Assembly: GCF_009914755.1 (NCBI RefSeq)
Contig: NC_060941.1
Source: the human T2T-CHM13v2.0 reference genome, Homo sapiens
Strand: one strand, 5' to 3'
Length of the DNA stretch: 64,000 bases
Below are positions 20,695-38,302 of the stretch, piece by piece; the first letter of the stretch is position 1, and the number at the start of each line of letters is the position of its first letter. The notes under the pieces were generated by a model. That model was not told the origin of the DNA and did not search any database. It saw only the letters and a program-made list of their open reading frames with translations. The position numbers and the translations under genes were made by a program.

Positions 20695-21223
20695 TGTACA
20701 AATTCCTTGGAAAACACAAGTTAGTAAAGGTGACATAAGAAGAAATAGAAAACCTGAATAGTCATATAACTATAAAACACATGTAATGCATAAAGTCAAC
20801 TGACAAAGAAAACTTCAGACCTGGACAGCGTTACTAGCAAATTCTGCCAAACACCTAAGGAAGAAACAATGCCAATCTTGAAAATTCTTCCAGAGAATAA
20901 AATAAGAGATATTAGTTCCCAACTTATTTTGTGAAGCCAGCAAGAGTTTTACAACAAAATCTAGCCAGAACACTTGGAGAAAGGAAAAGTATAGGTCAAT
21001 CCCATTCATGAATATAGGTGTAAAAATTCTAAACAAAATATTTCCAAGCCTATTTATGAATGACCAAGTTGGAGTTCTTCTAGGAATGCAAAGTTGGTTT
21101 AACATTTGAAAATTAATCAACATAATTTATCTCATCAACAGCATAAAGGATACAAAGCATATTATTATCTCATTACATAGAGGGGAAAGAGTTTTTGATA
21201 AAATTTAGCATTCATTCATGAGT

Positions 21224-21360
21224 TTTGTTTTTTTTGTTTTTTTTTTTTTTGAGAGACAAGGTCTCACTATCTTCCCCAAGCTGGTCTGAAACTCCTGGCC
21301 TCAAGCAATTCCCCTGCTTTGGCCTCCCAAAGTGCTGGGTGTGACCTACTCTACCCAGCA
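21224..21360 (-). mobile_element. Alu left monomer (FLAM-like)
   Basis: antisense monomer; TSD cattcatga. Confidence 0.75.
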
Positions 21361-21664
21361 TCATTCATGACTCTTCGCAAACCAGGAATGGAAAAGAACT
21401 TCCTTAACTTGAGAAGGGCATCTTAAAAAACCTACAGTAATTTTGATATGTAATGGTAAAATATTGAAAAATTTCCCTTTGAGATCAGGAACAAAATAAG
21501 GATGTTTGCTATCACCAATTGTATTTAACATTGTGTTAGCCTAGTACAGTAAGACAAGAAATTATTGAAAACGAAGAAATAAAACTGTCATTATTTGCAT
21601 ATAATATGATATATGATGTATAGAAAAGTCAACACAGTAAAATCCATAAAGAAAAGCAAGATAA

Positions 21665-21994
<330 letters not shown>

Positions 21995-22522
21995 TAATAA
22001 ATAAGTTTAGTAAGGTATTAGAAACAAGCTCAATATACATTAATTCCGTTTCTATATTTCAGGAAAAAACGTGAAATAAAATAGATGCCATATGCAATAG
22101 CATAAAAATATAAAATACCTAAGAATAAATCTAATGAAATATGTTACAAAGTAAATCGCCAAAGAGTATGAAAAACAGGAAATAATATCCAATGGAGGAG
22201 TATACCATGTTCATGGATTGGAAGGCTCAACATTGTAAAGATGTCTATTGTACTCAAATTATTGTATAGATTCAATGTAATCTTAATCAAAATCCTAACT
22301 TTTTCGTGGAGCTTGACATGCTGATTAAAAAATGCATCTGAAAATACAAAGTACCAAGAATAGCCAAATCATTCTTAAATGAGGAGAAAAAGATGATGGG
22401 AGAACTTTTTCTATAAAACACCAGGAATTATTACAAAGCTAAAGCATGTAATACAATGTGGAGTAAAGACAGAAAAATTAATCAATGGAATAGGTTAGGA
22501 AAGCTTAGAAACAAACTCAGAC

Positions 22523-22525
<3 letters not shown>

Positions 22526-22564
<39 letters not shown>
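22526..22564. repeat. (TG)n microsatellite
   Basis: about 19 TG units. Confidence 0.95.
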
Positions 22565-22569
<5 letters not shown>

Positions 22570-23322
22570 ATTTACAACAAAGGTAGCATTGCAGAGCAAT
22601 GTAGAGAAATGGCAGTTTTTCCAATAAATGATGTTGGAAATATACATTCTTTCAAAGAAAGAATATGTACTATACAGTTCCATTTATGTGAAGTGAAAAA
22701 ATGTGAGATAAATGTGGAAAGAGAAAGAAAGAGCAGAAAGGAAGGAAGGAAAGAGGGAGGAAGGGAGGAAAGCAAGGAGAGATGGAAATAACTTTTTGAG
22801 ATAACAGAGGTAAGGTTCTTCAACACCTCATGGAGGGAAACACTTTTTGAATTAGGTCAAAGGAGGTAGCAGCCATAAATAAAATGATTGCTAAATTCAA
22901 TTACATTAAAATTAAGAACTTCTGATTATTAAAAGATATTAATGGGATGAAAGGATAAGCCACAGTTGAGAGAAGATATTTGTAACCATAAACGGGTCAC
23001 ATTCATAATATATTTTAAAAATTCTTTCACATTAAGAAAAAGGCAAACAACCAAAAAGAAAATTAAGCAAGGGATTTGAAAAAGAACTTTACAAAAGAGA
23101 TATTTAAATGGACAATAAACACATGAACAGATGCTCAACATGATTATTAATAAGAAAGATACAAAATAAAACACAGTATGATACTATTCCATATCCACCA
23201 GAATGGCTAAAATGAAACTGACAATAACAAGTATTAGCAAGCGTATAGAACAATGTTCATCCTCCCAGCACGACTGCTGATGGGGGTGCAAATACTACCA
23301 CTCTGGAAAACTGACATTATCT

Positions 23323-23619
23323 ATTTATTTACTTATTTTGGGAGGACAGGGTCTCACTCTGTTGCCCAGGCTGGAGTGCAGAGGTGCAATCTCACTGCAA
23401 CCTCTGTTTCCTGGGTTCAAGCAATTCTCCTGCCTTAGCCTCCCAAGTAGCTAGGATCACACGTGCTTGCTGCCATGCTCGGCTAATTTTTGTATTTTTA
23501 GTACAGCTGGGGTTTCACCATATTGGCTAGGATGGTCCCGAACTCCTGACATCAAGTGATCCACCCACCTCAGCCTCCCAAAGAGCTGGGATTACAGGTG
23601 TGAGCCACTGTGCCCAGCC
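23323..23619 (-). mobile_element. AluS
   Basis: antisense Alu; TSD tggaaaactgacatta. Confidence 0.88.
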
Positions 23620-24471
23620 TGGAAAACTGACATTACTAAAGCAGAACATCCACATAGCCTCTGACCCAAGTTCATCCCTAGGCATATACTCAATAGAAAT
23701 GCATGCACATGAGCACCAAGAAATACATAATGTCCACAGCAGCACCATTTATACAGCCAAAAACCAAAAACAACTCAGATGGTCATCAGATATGGAATTA
23801 ATATATACACTGTGGTATGTTTAGACAATGAATCAGCTATAGCCTCATACAGAACCATGGATGAATCTCACAAATGTAATGTGGAACAAAATAAACCAGC
23901 ACAAAAGGAATTATGTATAATTCCATTTATATGAGGTTCAAAACCAGGCAGAACTAAACTAGAGTTCAGGGGCACATGCTTAGTGAGTAAAGTCATAAAA
24001 GAAAGCCAGGAAGAGATTAACATTGAGATTGTGGTTACTTACATGGGGAGGGAGAGGTAGAGATTGGGAGGCAATATGAGGGAGGCTTCTGGGGTGCCGG
24101 AAGTGATCTATTTCTTTCCTTGATCTCTGTGGGTCGGTGGGTTGGGGGGCGGTGGTACACTGATGTTTGCTTTATGATCATCCATTAAAGTGTAGGTTTT
24201 TGTTTTATTCACTTCACATAACTATGTTATCTTTAAAATATTTTTAATGTTTGCTATAGATAATATTGCTGCCAATATTTAATAATAAAGACAAGAATGA
24301 AAATCATGGACAAAAATCTTTGGTTTGATTAGATTATATAATTAGCATTTTTAACTTGGATATCTGTTATCATTTTAGCATTTTCTCAAATAAGGTAATG
24401 TCTAGATGAATATTGAGTAAGAAATAGTGTTAGAAAAGATAAATTAATCCAGAATAAGCTGAAGCCTGTGA

Positions 24472-24811
<340 letters not shown>

Positions 24812-25353
24812 CACAAAGGGATTTTTAAAGGTCTATTCACAGAAAGGAAAAAAAAAAAAGTCAAGGACTGTCCAAGGCTTGGGGATTTTGATATAACATA
24901 AACAGATAATGGGGAGAAAGCAGGACTACTCAGCTTTTATTTGGCTTCCGTCTTCATCAAGGAGAATAATTTTCAAACAGGAAAAGAGAGAACAGACCAT
25001 TACAAAGGTGAAATTAAAGGCTGAGGTGTACAAAGAAACTGTCAAAATTTGCGATTGTGATCACAGAATAGTTAACACTGTGAGAAATCAGACAACTGAA
25101 GAGGGGCCAGAGGCCAGAAGACAAGTCAATATAATCACAGCTGCACAAGGGAGGGCCAAGTCAATGTACATCCCTGGCAAAAATCCAAAGTAAGGTACAG
25201 ATTGTGGACAGTTCTAAAAAAAGGGACACTCATCTGGAGCCTCCAGTGAATCAGCAAGAACAGGTCTCACCAAACTGGGCTCATTTCATCCATTTGCAAC
25301 ATCAGAGGATTGAACATGTTGGATGTAGTTTATGTAGGGGTGCATGTGGGGAT

Positions 25354-25643
<290 letters not shown>

Positions 25644-26315
25644 TAAGTAATGCTGCAATAACAATGTAACTCCAAATTGCAGCGGCTTCAAGCAACAGTG
25701 CTCATGTCTCACTCCTGCTGTCTGCACACGGCACAGCAGCTGGAGGCTCTGCTCACATCTTCCTCGTTCTGGGACCTAGGCTGAGGAAACAGCCCTCACC
25801 TGGAGCATGGCTGGTCCCTCTGGCAGAAGGAAAGAGAGTACGGTGAGCCACATGTTGGCTCAGAAAACATCACCCAGGAGTAACAAGGCAAGTCTCATGG
25901 CCAAGCTTAACTTCAATGATAGTGAACAAATGCTTGGGGAGGATGAGGAACCAGGAATGGGTGGTGACCAGAATTAATCACCCCCACAGACCTAGTCTGC
26001 CAGCCATCTGCAAGCCATCTGCTTGCACATCTTGGGTAAGTGCAAGCTTACCCCAACAGGCTTTGGGCAAGAAGAATCCTGGCAGTGATTCAGCACCTGA
26101 TCGGCGTCCCAGGAGTAGGGCCAAGTCAGAAGTATGAACTAGACTAGCCCATGGCTCTGGATAAAGAGTGAGGGCAGTATTTCCTCACTCCCCCCATTCT
26201 CCATGCCTGTCCTTCCTCGTCCCCAGTGCCTCTGCTTATCCTCATTTCTCATCCTCCTCTTTCCCAGCACTCGTGGATTTAAGGCTCTGAAATGATGTAT
26301 ACCTGTTTTTACTTA

Positions 26316-26670
<355 letters not shown>

Positions 26671-26716
26671 TTATTATACCTGTTAAAAGAAAAGTTTTAT
26701 TTTATATATATATATA

Positions 26717-27422
<706 letters not shown>

Positions 27423-27859
27423 AAGAAAAACTTTAGATGAATTAATTTTAACAGCGTTTAATGGAGCAAAGAACAGTTTGTGAATTGGGCAGCCCTCAGA
27501 ACCAGAAGGGGTTCAGAGAACTCCGCAACGAGGTCCGGGAGTATTTATGTACACAAAATGGAAATGAGATACAGAAACAGCTTGACTGGTTACAGCTCTG
27601 AGTTCACCTTGTTTGAACGTGGTTTGATCTGTTGGCATCCTGAGATTGGCTGAAGCTTGGCTGCTGTGATTGGCCGAGACTCTGACAATCGTTACACAAA
27701 ATATTTACTCATAAGTTAGGATTTTGGTTTGTTTACATACTGTTAGGTTGCAGTTAATTATGGGCTCAAGGTACAGAGAAATCCTCAGGCTAAATTTAGT
27801 TTAATTTGACATATCACTGCCTCTGAATTTCAGCAAAGAATTTGCCAAGTCACTCAGGG

Positions 27860-28231
27860 TGTCAGGCCTCTGAGCCCAAGCTAAGCCATCATATCCTCTG
27901 TGACCAGATGGCCTGAAGCAACTGAAGATCCACAAAATAAGTGAAAATAGCCTGAACTGATGGCATTCCACCATTGTGATTTGTTCCTGCCCCACCCTAA
28001 CTGATACAATATATTCTCCCCCACCCTTAAGAAGGTACTTTGTAATATTCTCCCCACCCTTGAGAATGTCCTTTGTACGCCTATCCCAAACCTGTAAGAA
28101 CTAATGATAATCCCACCACCCTTTGCTGACTCCTTTTTCGGACTCAGCCCACCTGCACCCAGTTGAAATAAACAGCCTTGTTGCTCACAAAAAGCCTGTT
28201 TGGTGGACTCTTCACACAGATGCGCATGACA
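27860..28231 (+). mobile_element. HERV-H solo LTR7
   Basis: tgtcaggcctctgagcccaagc...catgaca; perfect 5-bp TSD CAGGG (27855-27859, 28232-28236). Confidence 0.93.
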
Positions 28232-28768
28232 CAGGGTATCTTTACAGGCAAATGGAAAAGTGTGACTGGTTAATAGTAAAATCATGTGAGGTCAAGGGAG
28301 GCAGAACACCTTCAAAGAGGAATGATTAAGGAATTAGTGTAAACTTTCAAAGCGGGTGTTTAGTGGTGTGCCCTCAAATATTCAGTTCAGAATACAACAA
28401 AGTGATGCTCCAGATTAAGAGGAAAAAAAGAATGATTCAATTTTGTGAACACTTTGAGAAAAAAAAGTAAAGTTAGAACTTCACCATAATATCCTATTCC
28501 AAATCCTGAATCCCTCAGCGATTAAGGAGGTAAATGTGAAACACAAATTGAGGTCTGTAAGAAGATATAGATACACATATGGCCACAGAAAAAATTTTAA
28601 GTTGTGTAAAGCTTTTTGATTCCTCTTCCACTCAGTGAACTATTGAGTGTGGGGGATGGGGAGTTGGGAACAACTATTGTGTCCCCTCAGCAGCTCTCAC
28701 ACCCTGAGTGTCATGGAGTTGGCATCTTGTTGAGCTGAGTGTGATTCTAACATTAAAAGACAGATCAC

Positions 28769-28878
28769 AGCTGGGTGCAGTGGCTCACACCTTTAATCCC
28801 AGTACTTTAGGAGGCTGAGGTGGGTGGATCACCTGAGGTCAGGCACTCAAGACTAGCCTGACCAATATGATGAAACTC
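28769..28878 (+). mobile_element. AluS 5' part, interrupted by the provirus
   Basis: Alu left arm stops at ...tgaaactc and resumes at 34793. Confidence 0.9.
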
Positions 28879-29382
28879 TGTGGGGATAGGACCCCAAATC
28901 TGGCCATAAACTGGCACCAAAACTGGCCGTAAACAAAATCTCTGCAGCACTGTGACATGTTCGTGATGACCACGATGCCTACGCTGAAGGTTGTGGGTTT
29001 ACCAGAATGAGGGCAAGGAACACCTGGCCCACCCAGGGCAGAAAACCACTTAAGGCATTCCTAAGCCACAAATAATAGCATGAGTGATCTGTGCCTTAAG
29101 GACATGTTCTTGCTGCAGATAACTAGCCAGAGCCCATCCCTTTGTTTCAGTCCATCCCTTTGTTTCCCCTAAGGAATACTTTTAGTTAATCTATAACCTA
29201 TAGAAACAATGTTTATCACTGGCTTGCTGTCAATAAATATGTGGGTAAATCTCTGGGGCTCTCAGATCTGAAGGCTGTGAGACCCCTGATTTCCCACTCC
29301 ACACCCTATATTTCTGTATGTGTGTCTTTAATTCCTCTAGTGCTGCTGGGTTAGGGTCTCCACGACCGAGCTGGTCTCGGCA
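28879..29382 (+). repeat. 5' LTR (MER9)
   Basis: tgtggggatagg...ctggtctcggca; direct repeat of 34300-34792; AATAAA at about 29232. Confidence 0.92.
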
Positions 29383-29384
29383 AG

Positions 29385-29403
29385 TGGTGCCCATACATGG
29401 GGC
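29385..29403 (+). promoter_or_regulatory. primer binding site, tRNA-Lys type (degenerate)
   Basis: tggtgcccatacatggggc, compared with TGGCGCCCAACGTGGGGC, 2 nt after the LTR. Confidence 0.8.
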
Positions 29404-29531
29404 TCAAACCCAGGTTGAAGGGTCACCAGAGTGACATTGGAGAACATGGAACTAAGCTGGAGGACACCTGAGTACTCTTAAGCAATCCCCGTGGTGAATA
29501 AGAAGGGGAGCTAGGAAGCATCAGGGTAACA

Positions 29532-30038
29532 ATGGGACAAATGTAGGTTCTGGTTAATTCCACCTTGGAACCTTTTCACACTAACGATGAGGAGGAAGGA
29601 GAGTATAATGAAGTAACAGAGCAGGTTTGTTTGCCAGCTAAAGCTAAAGCAGCAAAGGAGGGAGAGGTTTGTCCCTACCCTTCTGTACCCCCTCATTATT
29701 TCAAAGAAAAAGAGTGGCCTGACCCTCCAGATCTTTCTTTTCTGGAGGACACTGGGCAAAAAGTAGTTGCCCCAGTGACTGTTTGAGCAGTGCCTCGAGT
29801 GACCACTCTCAGTTCTATTCAGGCAGGAATTCAGCAAGCTAGAAGAGAGGGTGATTTAGAGGCCTGGCAGTTCTCTGTTAGGATACACCCCCACGATCAA
29901 CAGGGAAATATTATAGTTATATTTGAGCTTTTTCCTTGTAAATTACTCAAAGAATTTAAACAAGCTATTAATTAATATAGACCAGGTTCTCCTTTTGTAA
30001 TGGGACTGTTAAAGAATCTTGCTGTCTCCAGTCAGATG
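29532..30038 (+). pseudogene. gag: HML-3 gag remnant (MA, most of CA and NC deleted)
   Basis: MGQM*VLVNSTLEPFHT...PSVPPHY...LLKEFKQAIN*YRPGSPFVMGLL; three in-frame stops, no frameshift. Confidence 0.85.
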
Positions 30039-30690
30039 TTGCCAGCGGGGACGGCAGGATTACTTCTAAGCAGGTCTAGTTTAAATTTAAAAGGAGTGCA
30101 AGTACATACAGGAGTCATTGATTCAGATTACAATGGGGAAATTCAAATTGTTACATCTACTTCTGTTGCCTGGAAAGCAGAGCCAGGAGAGCATATAGCA
30201 CAGCTCCTGATTGTGCCATATGCGGAAATGGGGAAAATGAAATTAAATGAACAGGAGGGTTTGGAAACACAAATAAACAAGGCAAAGCAGCTTACTGGGT
30301 GAATCAAATTACTGATAAATGTCCTACCTGTGAAATAACTATTCAGGGAAAGAAATTTAAAGGTTTGGTAGATACAGGAGTGGACATTTCAGTCATTTCT
30401 CTACAGCACTGGCCATCCATGTGGCCAGTTCAACCTGCTCAATTTAACATAGTTGGAGTTGATAAAGCCCCTGAGGTATATCAAAATAGTTATATTTTGC
30501 ATTGTGAAGGGTCAGATGGACAACCTGGGACTATTCAACCAATTGTACCTATAAATTTGTGGGGAAAAGATTTATTACAACAATGGGGTATGTCCCTGGT
30601 ATGGGACTAGGAAAAAATTTGCAAGGTTTGAAGGAACAGCTTCAAGTGGAAAGACAAAGTTCCAACCAAGGTTTAGAATATAATTTTTGA
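30039..30690 (+). pseudogene. pro: HML-3 pro remnant: dUTPase C-half, aspartic protease, G-patch
   Basis: GVIDSDYNGEI dUTPase motif; FKGLVDTG active site; NLWGKDLL; GYVPGMGLGK G-patch; frameshifts near 30238 and 30588. Confidence 0.88.
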
Positions 30691-33260
30691 TGGCAGCCAT
30701 TGTTAAGCCTCCAGAACCTATACCTTTAAAATGGTTAACAGATATGCCAATTTGGATAGAACAATAGCCACTGAGTAAAGAGAAACAGGAGGCTTTAGAG
30801 GACTTCACTGCTGAACAGTTAGAAAAAAGACACATAGCTCCAACATTTTCCCTTTGGAATTCTCCAGTTTTTGTAATTAAGAAAAAATCAGGTAATTGGA
30901 GAATGCTGACAGATCTTAGAGCCATTAATTCATTTATACAACCTATGGGGACATTACAGCCAGGATTGCCTTCTCCTGCTATGATTCCAAAATATCAGCC
31001 TTTAATAGTCGTAGATTTAAAAGACTGTTTCTTTACTATCCCCTTAGCTGAGCAAGACTGTGAATGGTTTGCATTTACAATTCCTACAGTAAACAATCTG
31101 CAGCCTGCTAAGCATTTTCACTGGAAAGTGTTGCCACAAGGCATGTTAAACAGTCCAACAATTTGCCATACTTATGTAGGGCAAGCAATTGAACCCATTC
31201 ATAAAAAATTTTCACAGTGTTACATTATTCATTATATGGATGATATATTTGTGCTGCTCCCACTCAAGAAATATTACTCCAATGTTATGATCACTTGCAA
31301 AATTTGATTTCTTGCACTGGTTTAATTATAGCTCCTGACAAAATTCAGACTACTACTCCTTACTCCTACTTGGGGACCTTAGTAAATGACACCACCATTG
31401 TGCCACAGAAAGTAACCATATATAGGGATCAATTGAAAACATTAAACGACTTTTGAAAATTACTAGGGGACATTAATTGGATACGACCTGTTCTAGGCCT
31501 TCCTACCTGTGCCATGAGTAATCTATTTTCTATCCTTAGTGGAGATCCTAATCTCGCTAGCCCTTGGCAATTAACAAAAGAAGCTGAGGCAGAGCTGCAG
31601 CTAATCAAAAAGCAAGTCTATAAAGCTCAAATAAATAGAATAGATCCAGAGAAGACTCTAGATTTGCTATTTTTTTCAACTCAGCATTCACCTACTGGTG
31701 TTATTGTTCAAGAGCAAGATCTTGTAGAGTGGCTTTTTCTTCTACGTACTAATTCTTGGACTTTGATTCTTTATTTGGATCAAATCACTACTATAATAGG
31801 AAATGGGGGAACTCGGATTGTTAAATTACATGGATATGATCCTGGAAAAATTATTGTCCCTCTCACGAAGGCACAAATACAGCAAGCTTTTATAAATAGT
31901 CTTACTTGGCAAACACATTTAGCTGACTTTGTGGGTATTCTCAATAATCATTTTCCTAAAACAAAATTTTTATTTCAATTTTTGAAATTAACTAATTGGA
32001 TTCTCCCTAAAATAACTAAATTTAAACAAATTGAAGGTGCTGAGAATATTTTTACAGATGGGTCTAGTAATGGTAAAGCTTCTTATTCTGGGTCAAAATG
32101 TAAAGTTTTCCAGACACCCTATACCTCAGTTCAAAAAGTGGAGCTTGTAGCTGTAATTGAGGTGTTGACTGCTTTTGATATGCCTATTAATGTGATTTCT
32201 GATTCTTCATACATGGTTCATTCCACACAATTAATTGAAAATGCTCGGTTATGATTTCATACAGATGAACAACTGATGACTTTATTTACCCAATTGCAAA
32301 CAGCAGTTAGGAATGGAATGCACCTGTTTTACATCACTTACATTAGGGCTCATACACCTCTTCCAGGACCTTTAACTGCAGGGAATCAAATGGCTGATCA
32401 CCTAGTTGCTATTACAATAACTAATGCTAGACACTTTCACAATTTAACCCATGTTAATGCCTCTGCTCTCAAACGCAGATACAACACTACCTGGAAAGAA
32501 ACTAAAGCTATTATCCAGCAATGCCCAACTTGCCAAATGGTGTATTCCTCATCTTTTACAGGAGGAGTTAATCCTCAAGGATTGGAGCCTAATTCTCTTT
32601 GGCAAATGGATGTCACACATGTTCCCTCATTTGGGAGACTAGCTTATGTACATGTATGTGTGGACAACTTTTCTCACTTCATCTGGGCTACATGCCAATC
32701 AGGAGAGTCTTCTGCCTGTGTTAAACATCACCTTTTGCAGTGTTTTGCGGTGATGGGCATTCCAGCTTCTATTAAAACAGATAATGCCCCATGCTATATT
32801 AGCAAAGCTCTAGCTACATTTTTCTCTATATGGAATATTAAACACATTACTGGCATCCCATCTAATTCTCAAGGACAAGCCATTGTAGAAAGAATGAATC
32901 CCTCCCTGAAACAGCAGTTGCAAAAGCAAAAAGGGGGAAATAGGGATTACAGGACACCCCATATACAATTGAATCTAGCATTATTGACTTTAAATTTTTT
33001 GAGCCTGCCTAAAGGCCAGATGCTATCAGCAGCTGAACAGCATCTACAGAAACCAGCTGCAAAGACAGAAGCAGAACTTCTGGTTTGGTGGAGAGATCCA
33101 ATAACAAAACGGGTAAAATAATAACTTGGTGTAGAGGTTATGCTTGTGTTTCTCCAGGCAAGAATCAACAATCAATTTGGATACCATCAAGACACCTGAA
33201 ACCTTATCATGAGCCAAATGCTGAGGAAGAGATTCCGGGGGGGATCCCCCAGTTGCAGTC
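30690..33260 (+). pseudogene. pol: HML-3 pol (RT, RNase H, integrase), disrupted
   Basis: DLKDCFF, LPQG, YMDD (RT); FTDGSSNG (RNase H); HHCC and D,D-35-E (IN); several stops and frameshifts. Confidence 0.92.
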
Positions 33261-34251
33261 ATGTCAAGACTGATGCTGAGGAGGACCCCAACTGTCACGA
33301 GCAACACCTGTCAAACACAGCCACCTACCTGGGGACAGATCAAGAAGCTGTCACAGACGGTGGAAGAAAACCTGAGGAAAGCAGGACAACCAGTCACAAT
33401 AAGTAATTTAATGATAGCTATGATAGCAGTGATCACCATTGCCATGAGTATTCCTTCAACAAGGGCTGACACAGAGAACAATTATACTTATTGGGCATAT
33501 TTATCAATCTTGGCTGGCAATAATGCCTGGATGCAATCACTCTGTGACACAGTTACACAGGCTTTCTGATCTCAGTATTTGCCATAATAAATCTGCTCCT
33601 ATAATTGAGGCATACCTCCCTCAAAAACCTATTTCTAAACAGAATTGGAAGATTGCATTGGAGAACAGGCAGAAGTGCTGCACAACAATTCCTATGGAAT
33701 CATTATTGATTGGTCCCCTAAGGGAATGTTTAGCTTGAATTTCACCTCTCAGTCTGCATGCCACGGCCACACTATGTTCAGCTGGTCTAAACAAAATGGT
33801 CAGATGGTAGAAATGGTAAGAAATACAGCAAGAGTTCCTATTATCTGGAAACATGGTGGTACAGTGCCACCTCAACTTCAAATGATATGGCCTGCTGTAG
33901 GAGCTAAACACAAAGATTTGTGGACACTATTAATGGCTCTTAAATAAGATCAAAATTTGGGAAAGAATAAAAAAGTATCTAGAAGGACACTCGACAAACT
34001 TGTCTTTGGATGTTGCAAAATTAAAAGAACAAATATTTAAAGCATCCCAGGCACACCTGATCTTAATGCCAGGAACAAGAGTGCATGAAGGAGCCGCAGA
34101 CAGATTAGCAGCTATTAGCCCATTAAAATGGATCAAGACACTTGGGGGCTCTGTGATTTCAATGATGATTGTGCTTTTTAGTCTGTGTTGTTTGTCCTTT
34201 TGTAGTCTGCAGATGTGGATCCTGACTCCTGCGAGAAGTAGCTCACCGTGA
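33261..34251 (+). pseudogene. env: HML-3 env remnant (signal peptide, SU pieces, TM C-terminus)
   Basis: PPTWGQIKKL...NYTYWAY signal-peptide region; IIDWSPKG (SU); LSLDVAKLKEQIFKASQAHL (TM); about 1 kb only, no furin site or fusion peptide seen. Confidence 0.85.
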
Positions 34252-34285
34252 CAAAACTGCCTTTGCTTTTATCGCTTTGCAAAAC

Positions 34286-34299
34286 AAAAAAGGGGGACA
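34286..34299 (+). promoter_or_regulatory. polypurine tract
   Basis: aaaaaagggggaca immediately before the 3' LTR. Confidence 0.85.
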
Positions 34300-34988
<689 letters not shown>

Positions 34989-35337
34989 GACATCATATTT
35001 CACACAGTGCGGCCTCAGTGCAAGCCAACTACTTCCCCCAGAGCTTAACCAAAGAAACCATGATCCATTGCAGTAACTGAGGAAAAACTGGCCGTGTTGT
35101 ACTAAACACCAGACAATGTCTCCAGCAGTAGTAGTGCCTTCTGTGCATGGGTTTCAGCTCACACTTAGGCTAAAAATCTGGTATCTGGCTGACCTTCCCA
35201 CTCCTCCCCACTCTTCTCCAGCAGCCCTCTTCCCCCAACCCTGCTCTACTTTTTTTCCTCAGTATTATTTGTCACTTTCTACCATGTTATATAATTTACT
35301 TGTTTATTATGTTTATTGTTTATTATCTGCCCCCCCA

Positions 35338-37224
<1,887 letters not shown>

Positions 37225-37225
37225 A

Positions 37226-37896
37226 CAAGGTTTCTCTTTTAACAAAAAGTAGCCCCCAAATAATTTCTTTTCTAATAAAGAGCAGGCTGAAAAGTTGAGC
37301 TGCAGATATAGACAAGCAAGCTGGAAGCTTGCACGGGTGAATGCCGGCAGCCGTGCCAATAGAAAAGCTCTACCCTGAGGGCCTGACATATTCAACATGG
37401 AGGCTCCAGCTTCCCTTTTCTTTGTCACCACGTGTACAGTAAAAAAGCAGGCAACATGGCCCTGGCCAGGTAGCGAACCCATCTGCATAATACAAGATTC
37501 AGGTGGGGGGCCAGCTTCTGCACATGCTATGGCAACAACACACCTAGTCCTAACCAGTTCTTCGTGCACTATGCAAATGGCACACCTGGTCCAACAAACT
37601 TTTTGTGCCCTATGTAAATCAGACACCGCCTTCTCAAGCTCATCTATAAAGCCTTCTGCATTTCACCACATAACCAGCAACCCATTTTCTCATCCCTCTC
37701 TGCATGGAAAACCTTCTGCATTTCACCACGGAAGCAGCAACCCATTTTCTCTGGGACCCATCTCTAGCAGAGAGCTCTTCTCTTTCGCCTATTAAACTTC
37801 AGCTCTTACCTTCATTCTGGTGTGTCTGCATCCCAGTTTTCTGTGGCCGCGGGACAACAAACCTGGGGTATTACCCCAGACAACGATGCTGCTTCA
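37226..37896 (+). mobile_element. LTR9-like ERV1 LTR, 5'-truncated
   Basis: agcccccaaataatttcttttctaataaagagcag..., ctataaa, attaaa, ends ggtattaccccagacaacgatgctgcttca. Confidence 0.6.
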
Positions 37897-37910
37897 ACAT
37901 GTCGTGCTCC

Positions 37911-38302
<392 letters not shown>

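Noticed and set aside
29385-29403. tRNA-like sequence
   Set aside because: Only the retroviral primer binding site; no tRNA gene structure.
37646-37752. About 45-nt direct repeat inside the LTR9-like element
   Set aside because: Internal duplications are common in LTR R/U5 regions; nothing suggests function.
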